A DNA stretch of 64,000 bases from Zygnema circumcarinatum SAG 698-1b (Eukaryota > Plantae > Zygnematophyceae). The first letter of the stretch is position 1. Every line of letters starts with the position of its first letter. Below the pieces are notes generated by a model. The model did no database searches. It was given only the letters and a program-made list of their open reading frames with translations, and was not told the DNA's origin. This document shows positions 1 through 11,502 of this stretch, in pieces. The stretch is taken from the NCBI GenBank assembly GCA_037447605.1, contig CM074808.1, forward strand, positions 2,170,001 through 2,234,000, written 5' to 3'. The position numbers and the translations under genes were made by a program.

Positions 1-859
1 GCGCTTGAGTACTATAAGCACATTACTAAAGCACTTTCACTTGAAGGGCTCAAAGAACACAACGCCTAGGTTACCATTTGTATGTATAGATCAGTAATTA
101 TTGGTGGGGAAGTGGCTTTGATAGGAACATGATGAGGAGTTTAACGCAATGGGCCACCCATTGGCTATACCGTTTTAATCCTATTTATGGAGGAAAAATA
201 CTTTCTTTTTTTTCTGTTTTATCTTTTATTAAATTCTTTCAATTTGAACATTTCTTCACTAGAAAGGAATTCTGCAATTAGAAAATGCGTGACTTGTTCA
301 TCGACTCGAATCAATTTATTATTGTAATGTCATTCACTACGGTGGATGCAGCAAAACTACTGGATTGATTTCATGGTTCGGATACATAATGGTCGAACTA
401 ACTTCGTTGTGTTTTCATTAAGGGGAGAACACCTGCTTGATTGCACAGTTCCAGCGAATTGGGGCTGTACTAAGTCATCAGGAAAAGGACTCGTAAGATT
501 CATGGCTGGATTCATACGTGTAGGAACGGAGTGATGAGTTGGCCGTGCTGTTGTTGTGGTGACCGTGAATAGCCTTTGTTGCGGAGGGGAGGCTTGGAGT
601 GTTTTTTATGGTTTGAAGCATCACTATGCTGCGATAAGTGAGAGAAGGGATTGAAGGAAGGAAGGCTGAATAAGAAGGTGATTTGGACTAAGAATAGAGG
701 TGGAGCCTTCGACCGCCAGGATCTCCATGCTTAAATGGAGATCTAAAAAAATATAGAATCATGTATTACTTGAGTTGATGCACGAAGCACTTTCTGACGC
801 TGCATAATGCAAACAAGAAAACGGCAATGCTCAAGGTTGTGTATGTGTATTCTGTGCAG

Positions 860-3800
860 AAAGTACTTAAAAATTGGCTTATCGGCTCAAGCCGGTTGGA
901 GTTTGCAGCTCCTGCAGTATGGGACAATCTATCAGGGAAGTTTTATGCTGCTCTGAGGACTTCTCCAGGGAGCACAAGACTCGTAACTTGGAGCCTTACG
1001 GACACAGTACATTTGTGTGACCTTCCTGAACATGCAACCATTTCTTCAGATGTGCACTCTCTTCACCCTCTTGGTGCATCAGATAGTCGTTCTCAAGACA
1101 CAAACACAGCAGGTGAGTTCTACCTCCAACTTCACCGCTCACTGCCATGCCTGCGCCAGCTTAGTTCTCTGCAAATCGCTTTTTTGGACACAGCAGACAG
1201 ACTCTTTTCAAGCTTGGAAATGCATGACCATGGCTGAGTTGGAATAAGTTTGAACTGCCTTCTAGGACGGAGGCTATATTTTCATTATCCACAACTTGTT
1301 GTTTGTTACTCAGAACTGAGCTCGTTGCATTTACCTCTGTGTATCATACAGTTTTACATAGCTCTGGAGGCCTCTAGGTCCGTATAGACTGCTTGTGCTT
1401 GTTCCTGGCCCTATCTTTGGTACACAGCAGAACCTGTCGAAAGGACAGGAAGAGGGGTTTCTTTCCAGGCTCAACATAGAACCTCGCTCAGTTACACTTG
1501 GCTAACTGTCTACCTAAAGGCCTGCATTGTGGACCCGCCGTACACGTGATTCGCGCATGTTGGTTCCTTTAGACATTATCCCTTTAGACAGGTTTTTACT
1601 GTGTACGTGTGCATGCTTTGTCATTCCCCTTCTGCTCCGATGGACACTTATGCAGTCAGGAAGATAGTCTTTCTTAAGACCCTTAAGAGTGGTCTACATC
1701 CGCAAGCTCGAAGTATGCCTCACACAAGACATGGCTGCCAGCTCCGCAGGTGCTCAGTTTCAGGCGAGTGGTGGAGTTCTTGTTGTGGTCCCAAACGCTT
1801 CCGTCGCTGTGTACGACTCCTCCCTTACGCGGATTGCTTCAATAGCTGTGCCGGAAAATGGGAACCGGCAAGCAGTGGAAGCGGTGGCATTGTCGCGGCT
1901 GCCAATAGGAATGGGAATAGGGCACACCTCAGAGGGCCAATGGAAACTTGCTGTTCTTGTGGCAGCAAGGGCTGGGAATGGAAGTGTTAAAGAGACAGAG
2001 ATGGGGCTTGGAGACTCATCTGAAATGGTTAGGAGAGTGGAGTTTTTCTGTGGTGGGGGGGCTCGAATGGAGGAGGGCGCGGCGGGAAGGGAGGGGAACA
2101 CTTATCCAATGCAGCGTTTGGGTTCAACGGTGCTTGGAGGACAAGACCGAGGGAAAATTTTGACTGCGTCCTATAATGAGGAGGGGCATTTGACGGTAAG
2201 TGCTTGGGTTTTGGTATGCCACAGATGTATCACAAAATAGTACTCCAGAGATGCGCTTGAACCACTTAAACTGGAGCACTACTTGTGTCTGGTGGTCTCA
2301 TACAGTGTAGGCCTTATTTCTGGCTTTGAAAATGCCTGTCATTTTGCAGCTTGTGATGTTCCGCCATGTTGTGCAGGTCATGTGGGCTGACGGGACGTGG
2401 AGTGTGCACAAATCAGCCGATTGGGCACAACCGGATGACGTCGGCAAAGCTTCCATTGAGGCCTATTCACGCAAGTTAACAGCATTTAGTTTGAACTCAG
2501 GCAGCACCGTCACATCGTCATCCAAAAAATCAAAGAAGCGAACCACACCTGCCAGTGAGGATGGTCGATCCGACGCCCTTGTAAATGCAGTTGTTGCATT
2601 GGTCGCAGTTCCGGGGACCGCTTATGTTGCTGCAGTGGGGAGGTGTAGAAACCGCACAGAAAAAATAGGGCATGAAGTTGCAAAAACTGCGGACGAAGTT
2701 GAGCTTCCTTCAGAAGGACTTGCTGTTGCAATACTTGACAGCAAGTATGGATGCGTGCACCTGCTTCAAGATTTGTTAGGGCAGACAGAAGAGAGAGTTG
2801 AATCGGGCGTTGGAAGGAGAGAAGGTGTGAGTGCATGCTGGGTGGGAGGTGAAGATGGTATCCTTGTAGTAGGGAGCACAGTGGTGGGAGTGCTGCAAAT
2901 AGAAGTGAATCTGCCTCCTTTATCACTTGCGGGGCTGCTGGGCTCCATGGCCCTTTTTGGAGGAAGGGCTGCTGAATCATGGCCGGGATTCTCCACTCAG
3001 GCAGCACAAGCAGGGACTGTATTGCTCGGCGAGGAAGAGGGAAACCGGCTTAGACGACCCCCCAGAGTCTCTATGCTGCGGTTGGATTTGAACGAGGTAA
3101 GGCGTAACGCAGGGCAAAAGGAGGAAGAGGATTGTGCGCAGCCAATGGTGACGGCGGAGAATGGGAGCGGGGATGCACCCATGGAGGAGGTGAGTGAGGA
3201 GAGAAGAGGGGAGGGGGCAAGCAGTGGTGTGCAGAGTAAAAATGAGGCTGCCGACGGAAGTAAGGGGAAAGGATTCAAAAAGAAGGCAGTGAAACTGGTG
3301 CGGGATCAGGCAGGTCAAGGAAAAGGGAAAGTAGTGAAGGGCAGAAAGAACGAAGAGAGTGGAACAAGGAAGGAGGGTGTTGAGTTGCGGCGAAAAGATG
3401 AGCTATGGGAAGGGGTCGATATTAAGACATGGGAGCACCTAGAGAAGGACTTGATTGCTAGTATAGAAGGGTTACGGGATATTACGTCCTTGGATTCCCT
3501 TTTAGTAGCAGTTAGATCTTATGTGGAGAAGTGCAGAAAGGTGAAACAGGAGTTACGATTGGGAGCCAATGCCAGATTGCGAGAAGGTGGAGGTAGTGTT
3601 AAAGACGTTAGGAATAATCACAATAATGATTGTGAAGACGGAGGGAAAGTGAATGGCTTAGCCAATGGACGAATTGAGGAGGAAGGTGACAGTGATGAAA
3701 TGGTAGATGATGATCCAAGTGGTCAGGAAGGGCTTCAAGGAAAGGGAGGTCCGGAGAAAAGTAGTAGGCAAGGAGAAAAATGGGAACAAATAAAGCGGTC

Positions 3801-4770
3801 TCGAGATTTTAGGGCGGCTGCGGAGTTTATGTCTCCCAGCTCAGCTGCTGTGATCGCATCATGGTGCCTGCACATGAAGTGCTGGGAATTGCTCCGCATG
3901 TTGGTTGATAATGGCCAGCTGACAGCAATGGAGTGCCCAGAGCTGGTAACTGAGTTGGTAAAAAACCATCAGTTGGGCATTCTGGAAGCGTTGCTTCTCC
4001 ACTACCCCGACTTGCCGCCATCAGACCTTACGCAGATTCTGCACTTCATTCTTAACTTGGATAATAAGGGGGCAGACGTGGACATAAGTAAACTAGTGAA
4101 GCGAAGGAAACGAATTGCAATGTCTGCAGTAGAAGCTTTGAGGAACGAGATCAATAACCGGAAAGTAGAGAAGGCCGTTGAGCAAGCTGCTGAAGCTGAA
4201 GTCGGCACTGTATTGAGGGAGAGTGATGTGGCGACCTGCGAAGGTGGACCTGGTTGGAGCATGACTACTACCAGAGCAATTATTGGCTCTGCAGCGGTGG
4301 ATGGTTTTACGCCGTCTGAACTCAGCTTGCATGCCTTGATTGCAGTGCGGCAGGACGAGGTTATCTTGGCAACTGCAATAGCGGAACTGGATTCTTCTGA
4401 GGTCGCTGGGCTCGCTAAGTACTTGAGAAAATGGATGGAGAAGTTTACCAGTCGATTGTGTGCTGTCCCTTTGTCTGCCCTGCACGGAAAAAACCACAAG
4501 TTTCCTGTGCCCCGGTTGAAACAGGTGATTGCGTGGACAGCAGTGCTCCTAGACTGTCACTTGGCGCGGCTTGTGCTATTGCCAGAGGTTTTTCAAGACC
4601 TGATGAAGCTGCAGGAGTGTGTGGCAAGCCAGATGGCGATGGCATGCTCATTGGCTCCCTTGACAGGAATGCTTGATCACATTCAACGGGGGGCGCCTTT
4701 GCCAGAAAAGCAATCTGGGCCGAATAGCAGCGAGAAAATGTATTCGGTGGAGCTTGTGGACTGGAGCTGA
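860..4770 (+). CDS. NOL11: NOL11/Utp8-like small-subunit processome (UtpA) protein, 5'-partial; exons 860-1112, 1729-2195, 2377-4770
   Basis: C-terminus VPRLKQVIAWTAVLLDCHLARLVLLPE...MYSVELVDWS resembles the remembered human NOL11 C-terminus (PTLNQIMDWICLLLDANF...LYSIEVLELF); N-part QKVLKNW...PAVWDNLSGKF resembles NOL11 QKPLGSW...PAVCNFQTGEY. GT-AG introns 1113-1728 (phase 1) and 2196-2376 (phase 0) keep frame. Start exon not identified. Confidence 0.75.
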
Positions 4771-5244
4771 CGACCTTATTGGATGCCCATGAAGGGCTTA
4801 CACGTTTGACAGATGAGGCCATGCCGCCTTGTTCTCTCCATCGCCTATTCATTATGGCCTGTGGTATGGCGTCGCGGCTGCCCCTCTCCTCATGAAAACT
4901 TCAACCTGCTATTCCGGATGGGATTCAGAAAGGGTGCCCATTATCCATTTGATGCGAACACTTGCCATCAAAGGCCAAGAGGATCCCCGAGCATTTTTGC
5001 CTTGAAGTTTGCCCAAGATTTCCATTGACTGCCATCCATTGGCGTTCCATAACTAAGTGGTAGGGCCAGAAGGCCCAGAGATTAGGTCGGACGAGGAAAT
5101 GCGTCCAAGGCGCACCAGCTGAGCGTTCATTCACTATGGCTCTCTTATTGGTTCGCGCGTCTGTAACGTGTGGACAGACTGCACTGCTGTCACCTATGAG
5201 AGCTTCTTCCCAGCCGTGCCCGCAAGGGCAGAAAATTATTTTTT

Positions 5245-5640
5245 TCAAGTTTTAGTTTTCTCTCTCCTATATCTCACCGTCCTCTTTATATCTCTTTCTC
5301 TCCCTCTCTCCTTTTCTTTGTCTCTAGTTATGTTTCTTTCTTTGTGAATTTTCTTACGCTCCCCACTTGCCTCATATCTCTCACTTTTCTCTCTTCCTTG
5401 GTGTCCTCTATCTCGCTCTTCCTCTGCTCTCTCTCTCTCTCTCTTTTTTTTGCCGCCACATCTCTTTGTTTGTCCTCTCCCCCTCCCCCCCACCAATCAT
5501 CTACATCTATCTGTTCTTGAATTTTGCTCCCTACAACTCAATCTCATTTCCCATATTTCTCTCATTCTCTCTTTCTCTTTCTCTTTCCCTTTCTTTTTGG
5601 TAATTTGTCCCTCTGTCTCTCTTCCCACTTCTCCTCCCTT
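5245..5640. repeat. CT-rich low-complexity/polypyrimidine tract between the convergent 3' ends of NOL11 and NOP53
   Basis: About 400 bp dominated by C/T on the + strand, including (CT)n runs near 5428-5443. Confidence 0.8.
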
Positions 5641-6204
5641 CCCACCCCCATCGGGTGTACTCAACCCTGAGGCAGTTAAAAAATTGCAAAAGTCTTTCAG
5701 TACCTACCCTGTTTCACGTGCTTTGTGAATGTCTATGAAACTTTTGTCTTATGAGTTAAAAGCTACTCAGTACGTCGAACATGTGTTATGTATTGCCTGG
5801 TATATCCATCTATCAGCAACACCCTCCACAATAGAGGTCAGGACATAACACCACCACTGAATATGGGGCGGAAAATCTTAGGGCCCTGGTTTTCAAGCGA
5901 TTTAAATGTACATCGGATTCTTCACAGAGAAAGAGACTACCTGGTTTGCTCGTACTACCGACCCGTATCTCGTTCTGTCGCAAATGCTGCCTTAGTGTAT
6001 GGCTAAAAAGAACCTGAAGCACAATAGCTATGGCCAGGCGGAGTAGAAAAGGCATGGCCATAGTGAAAGATGATAGGAGCATAGATCCGGGTTAACCGCG
6101 AGGTGACTGAAAGTCGACCGCAGAGTTGTACCTTTCAAAACACACTTGTGCATTCTCCACATTTCGGAACACCATATTTGAGGATGAGGAAGGCCTCCAG
6201 CAAG

Positions 6205-9200
6205 TCATTCAAGCACTGTGAGCTGCACGCCACTCTTGGCGGCGCGTCTATCTAGCATCTCTTGATGCAGCTCGCGCTCCCGCCGGCCTCGGCTGCCCTG
6301 CTCCACCAATCGCCTGTTCTGTGCCTTTTTCCGCCTGCAAACAATTAGCCGTACAGTCAGTTACGAGCGCACAAACCATGTGAGAATGGCCTCTCCTGTC
6401 AGGCAATTTACTTTCTCTGGTAGGTGAAATGGGAGTGCAGCCAAAGGAGAATCCAAGATTCATATTTCACTCGTGATTTGAACCCAGAAAGACACGCCTT
6501 AATGAACTTTAACCGAAAAGGAGCTTCCAAAAACAGTGTTCCGCTAATAGCTTTTCTTTCGTTGCTAGGTCATTTGTGACTGTTTTTCCTTGGTTCTCCA
6601 TTTTGTTTTTGACTATATACATTTGATGCCATCGCCGTCGTGAGATCAATGCCAATTCATTTCTCTTTTCCGAATCCCAACGACTCTAGCTAGAATCACA
6701 TTTTTGCCTTCCCACCCCTCCCCACCCAAAAGACAAACTGATAACCACAAGCACAAAAGCGACCTGAAAATTGAACCACCATCAGAGAGCGCTTTCATGG
6801 TTGCTGACCTGGCAGGAAGTCGCGGCTCCACTAATCCGCGGCGCTGAAGGCTCTTAAAGCGCTCTCTCACAAGTGTGTCACAACCCTGCAACAGAAGGGC
6901 TCCACTCAGAGGATACTCCAACCAAGGAAGAGCTGATGTGCAGCCGACCTTCCAGCGACTCACCCTTAATCTCCTATAAAAGACGAAAGCTTCCTCATCA
7001 TTTTGAATTTTTTTGACCTTCCAATTCGATTGAAAGGCATTACGGGTCCATCTTTAGTTATTCAAGCTTTCAACTGAGAGGTAGGAATACGTCATGGATT
7101 ATCTTATATGAGAAGGCATATTGCAGACTCGGCAGACAGATATGGAGCCCACGCTGGGGAGCCAAAGGTGAACCCAGGAACAGCACAACAGGCAAAAGGA
7201 GCTAACTGACCTGCATGAGCACAGACAGCAGACAAGGGAGGGGGAGGAGGTGATGATGGCAGGCGATAGCTGAGAAGTAAGAATTGCCTGGGAGAGAAAC
7301 GACGATACCCACCTTAAGTGTGCGCAGCGATCCTGTCACCTCTTCTGTGAGGAGAACCTTCATTGTCTCAGGCTCAAATCTGCCACCGTAACAACACCAT
7401 TGCCACCTTAGCATACTTGCACAAAGACAACTGTCTTTACTTACACCAGAAAGCACGCCTAAGAATGCTTCACATGCTTCATCTGTCTGCACTGCAGCTC
7501 TGCCATGCAGACTCTCCAGAAGAGCAGGCGAGTCATCACCTGTGCCGGCCGAGTCTGGGCGGCACTGAGGCTTGCTTCTCCTGGCGAGCCACTTCTTTCC
7601 GTAGACATCGATTCTCCGCCAACTTCTTCTCGTCCTCCACCTCTGCTTCAAGCTCTTTTAGTCTGCCCATCACCATCACAATGAATATGATTAAGAGGCA
7701 GACAAAGGCAGCCTTTCTTAGATAATCTTCTCTATTTCGCGCACTTTGAAAGGCGTCAAAAAGCATTTTTTTTATCAGACATTTATATGTAAGGTTGTTA
7801 TTATGCACAAGGTCACTACCTGTCAACTTCAGTATACACCTCTAACTCAATGCTAAATCACAGGATGGCAGAAATTGAACTGATTGAACACCTAGCAATG
7901 TCGTTCCGCAGCTTCTTAGAGTCCGCTGCTTTCTTATGTGCTGCTTCTGCCGCGCGCTTTCGTAATCGCCGATTCAGATCAGCTCTCGTCAACTTCTTCA
8001 CGCGAACAGGTCTAAAGCCGCCCCCCAAAACGCAACACAATAGCTCCCGTCATCAGCAATTTCTAAGCTAGAGATGCAAAATATCATTCAGGAAAAGGCG
8101 TGGCTTGGGCCGCCCTCCCATAGGGCGAAGGTGCCACCTGGCAATCCCAGCCGAGGATGTGCCTTCTCCTGCCTCGTCCTCGTCCACATCCTCATTGTCA
8201 CCACCAACATCCAAGAAGAACCTCTGCCATCCAAAAAAAAAGCCCAAATCTCCCATTTGAAACCATCCCACAGAGGTCACACTACCACATGGCGAACAGG
8301 TGTCTGGCCCTTGAGTAGAAGCATATTCCGATTCAAAAAACTGCATTAGACTTGACGAAGTAGGCAAAATCGACTAAAGGTCAAAAACACTTGATCTCAC
8401 TATATGCAGGGCCATCCACCCCGCATGTTTAGGTAACATAAACGTGCTTACGACCTCCTATGACACCATTTGTTCACTAGTGAGCATTACAAACTCACCT
8501 CCCCCTCCTCCAGCTCCCTCCCGTCTGCCTGCAGCAGTAGTTGTGGAGCCTCAGGCTGCAGCTCCTTGGCATATTCTCGCCGCATTTCAAGGGCCACAGC
8601 CTCACCCAGAGCCTCCTGCATGTGCTCACACTACCATCTCTACATCAACTCTATTTCACAGAACTCTTGCCAAACCATCTTCTTAATAGACAACACTGTA
8701 ACCTACAGGCAAGGGCCATTGTTCAAGGACGTACTTTAAGAAAAGGATTCACAGATTCAGAGTGATGGCCCGTTTTTGTGTAAATTGCAAGGTTACATGT
8801 TTTGGTTGAAGTTCGTCAGATACGACCCCTTTCGAAGGTGATGCAGGTGGAAAAGTAAAAAGACTGCCAGTTCGCCATAAGTTTATTACTACTTCAACCA
8901 CTTACGTAGAACACTCTTCAGATGAAAAAACAAGGCTGCAAAACTAAAAAATACCGCATAATGGCTGCTAAATAGCAGAGGTTTGACAGAATCCTTTACC
9001 TGATGGTCGTGAAAAGTGGGATTGTAGGAGCAACCAGGAGCATCAATCTCCACTGCTGCTGCTGCCAAATGCTTCTTCTCTGTGCGTAACTCAGTTCCTG
9101 CCCTCGCCTTAGTTTTCTTTACCGGCTGCTAGACCATCTCCCGTAGAAACGGAATCGTCAATGGTGAAACTCTCAGTAACAACTTCCCTCCATTTTGCAT

Positions 9201-11096
9201 CAGCCCCACATAATTTTGGTCCTGAATCTTCAAAAAGCACATACGCACAATAGAGGAATAGACTCCCCTCTGCCTACGCTACATTTGGGGCCAACTGAGC
9301 AAATACAACCAAAATCACCTTTAAACCATCTTGCCGCGCTCCATCTCCACCTTCTGCCCCAACGACAATTCCCAATAAGCCATTTTTCTTGCTCCTCTGG
9401 ACATAACACAAATTGTAACTAAAACAGTACGTTCGTATCATACTGTACTTGGAAAATGAACATTCCTTTAAATAACCTCAGTTCTAAAGTTTAGAACGCC
9501 TCTAGGTATTCAGATTTGGAATCCACGATATTTGCCCTCCTTTTTACCCTTAAAATGAAGCCACTGAACTGTCTATGGAAAATGTGTCACTCAGAGCCAT
9601 CTTGTGATTCAGCAGAAAGTTCAAGCATAAACTCGTTTGGTACAAAGCAACATGCGCTTACGAGGCATTTGAAATCCTATTTGCATGGTTAAGCAAAGTT
9701 ATAAGAAGGAAGGGACAACCTGCAACGGACCAAGGATCCGCTTCTCTCTTCCTCTTTTCTCCACTAACCTGGTCCATTGCCACCAAACATTATGATAGAC
9801 CTGAAGAGAAACGCTTTCTTAAAGGCAGTCTGTTCCAAGGGGTGGTCAATGTTAGTCATTTCTCCTTCGAAATGGAGCCAATTTTGCCATTTGTATTTGC
9901 TTTTTTGGCGTGAAGTTAAAATGAATAGATTGAGAAATATGGAACGGTCCATGCAGTTGGCAGCAAAAGAGTCTTCATGGTTAAGGACGAGCCTGGTCAA
10001 ACTCCCCCAATTTAAATCGTCAACCAGAAGCAGAATGAGTGGGCAATGTATGTGCCCAACTTTATCACCTCCGCAATGCAATCCTTTGTTATTTGGCCGA
10101 TTGTCCTTTTACTTGAAAGTCTTTACTAAATATTGGGCACAATGGAAGTTCAGAAAACGAAAATTTGACAAAAAATGTTTCGACGTGGGAATCTGGCTCA
10201 TCTGAAGTGACAATGCAATTGTCAGGGCGTAGGGCAAGAGCAACCACTCAATTTTCGCCTTCTTATGCGCCAAATGAGTTTTTTGGCTATAAAGCCACAA
10301 ACCACATTCAACAGTATGTGAAATTACAATGCTCAGCCAGGCTATGTAAAATGCGTTCTGCTAGATAAATTGTCTTTTACCGAAACAGTACAGAAAACGT
10401 TCAATTCATTCGTAAATTCACGTCGACAGCATGGTCTGAAGTCAACCACTTCACCTGGCTCCTAAGCCTTGCAGTGATATGAATCTTGAGAAGCATTTCC
10501 CAACCAAATCAAGGCAAAAAGTTCCACATTAAAATTGAGCGCGGGAAATTCTCGTGTCTCCTGGAATGAGCTGCATAACCTCGGCAAAGGTACAGGCTAT
10601 GAAAATTACCTCTTCTGAAGACGTCAAAGTTGACTTTTTCAACTTTACGGCCTTGGGTGGAAGCGCTGTCTCGCCATCTGGCGCACCCTTGCGGCGTTTA
10701 GGCCATAAGACAGGGGGAACAAGAGAGCCTCGCTGGAATGACGCCTCACAGTGCAAAACCTTCTTCCGAAATCGATCAACTTTTCGTCCAATTCGGGCAT
10801 CTGCAGGGAGGTCCGCATGTCAAAACAACTCCCCTTCCTCCTTCCTGAAAGGGAGGCCTTTCAAGCGACGTTTCACCAAATGCAGAGTTTACATTGACGC
10901 AAGAGCAGCGGGAGAAGGCGGGGTGCGGGCCACCTGCAGAAGTATCAAGGAAGAAGAGCGCATCATCAGGGAGGCTGCGCAGAGGGGCGGCGGTGCGCTC
11001 TTCCGCAAGCAGCTGCGCCTGCGCCGCTTCGTCTTGCTCCGCTGCCGCCGCAGCGCGCTGCCGCACCTTCGCGCTGCTCCGCCGCGCCTTCCCCAT
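6205..11096 (-). CDS. NOP53: Ribosome biogenesis protein NOP53 (GLTSCR2); exons 11096-10934, 10800-10610, [unresolved exon(s) 9130-10600], ~9129-9000, 8615-8499, 8223-8138, 8011-7892, 7652-7540, 7379-7313, 6885-6809, 6334-6205
   Basis: Hallmark NOP53 motifs LFFLDT, VEIDAPGCSYNPTFHDHQ, LGRHRFEPETMKVLLTEEVTGSLRTLK and TLVRERFKSLQRRGLVEPR; the resolved exons join through phase-consistent GT-AG introns; stop TGA at 6205-6207. Confidence 0.93.
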
Positions 11097-11097
11097 G

Positions 11098-11312
11098 CCT
11101 CCCCTTCCCTCGCTCTCCTCCCTCTCCCTCCCTCTCCCTCGCCCTCCTCCCTCTCCCTCCCTCTCCCTCGCCCTCCTCCCTCTCCCTCCCTCTCCCTCCC
11201 TCTCCCTCCCTCTCCCTCCCTCTCCCTCGCCCTCCTCCCTCTCCCTCGCCCTCCTCCCTCTCCCTCTCTCCCTCTCTCCCTCTCTCCCTCTTTTTCCCCT
11301 CTCGCTCTCCCT
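11098..11312 (-). repeat. (GAGGGA)n-type purine microsatellite forming the NOP53 5' leader
   Basis: Imperfect CTCCCT/CTCTCC hexamer repeat on + (GA-rich on the NOP53 sense strand) ending just before the ATG at 11096. Confidence 0.85.
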
Positions 11313-11502
11313 CGCCGCCTGTGAAACGGCGGCGCGGAGAACTGCAGGTACCGTACCGAACCGTACCAAACCGTGCCATATCGTATCGTATTCATTGTGC
11401 CGATATGGTCAGTACGAAACGTACGGTACATATTCGCCCGAGCCGTACGGTTAGGTTTGAAAAGGCGCGGGGCGCGCTCTCGCGGATGCTCTCCGCGCAG
11501 CG
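11313..11502. promoter_or_regulatory. Bidirectional promoter core of NOP53/SWI3D containing seven GTAC cores
   Basis: Divergent ATGs at 11096(-) and 11503/11581(+); GTAC at 11348, 11353, 11363, 11412, 11421, 11426, 11445. Confidence 0.65.
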
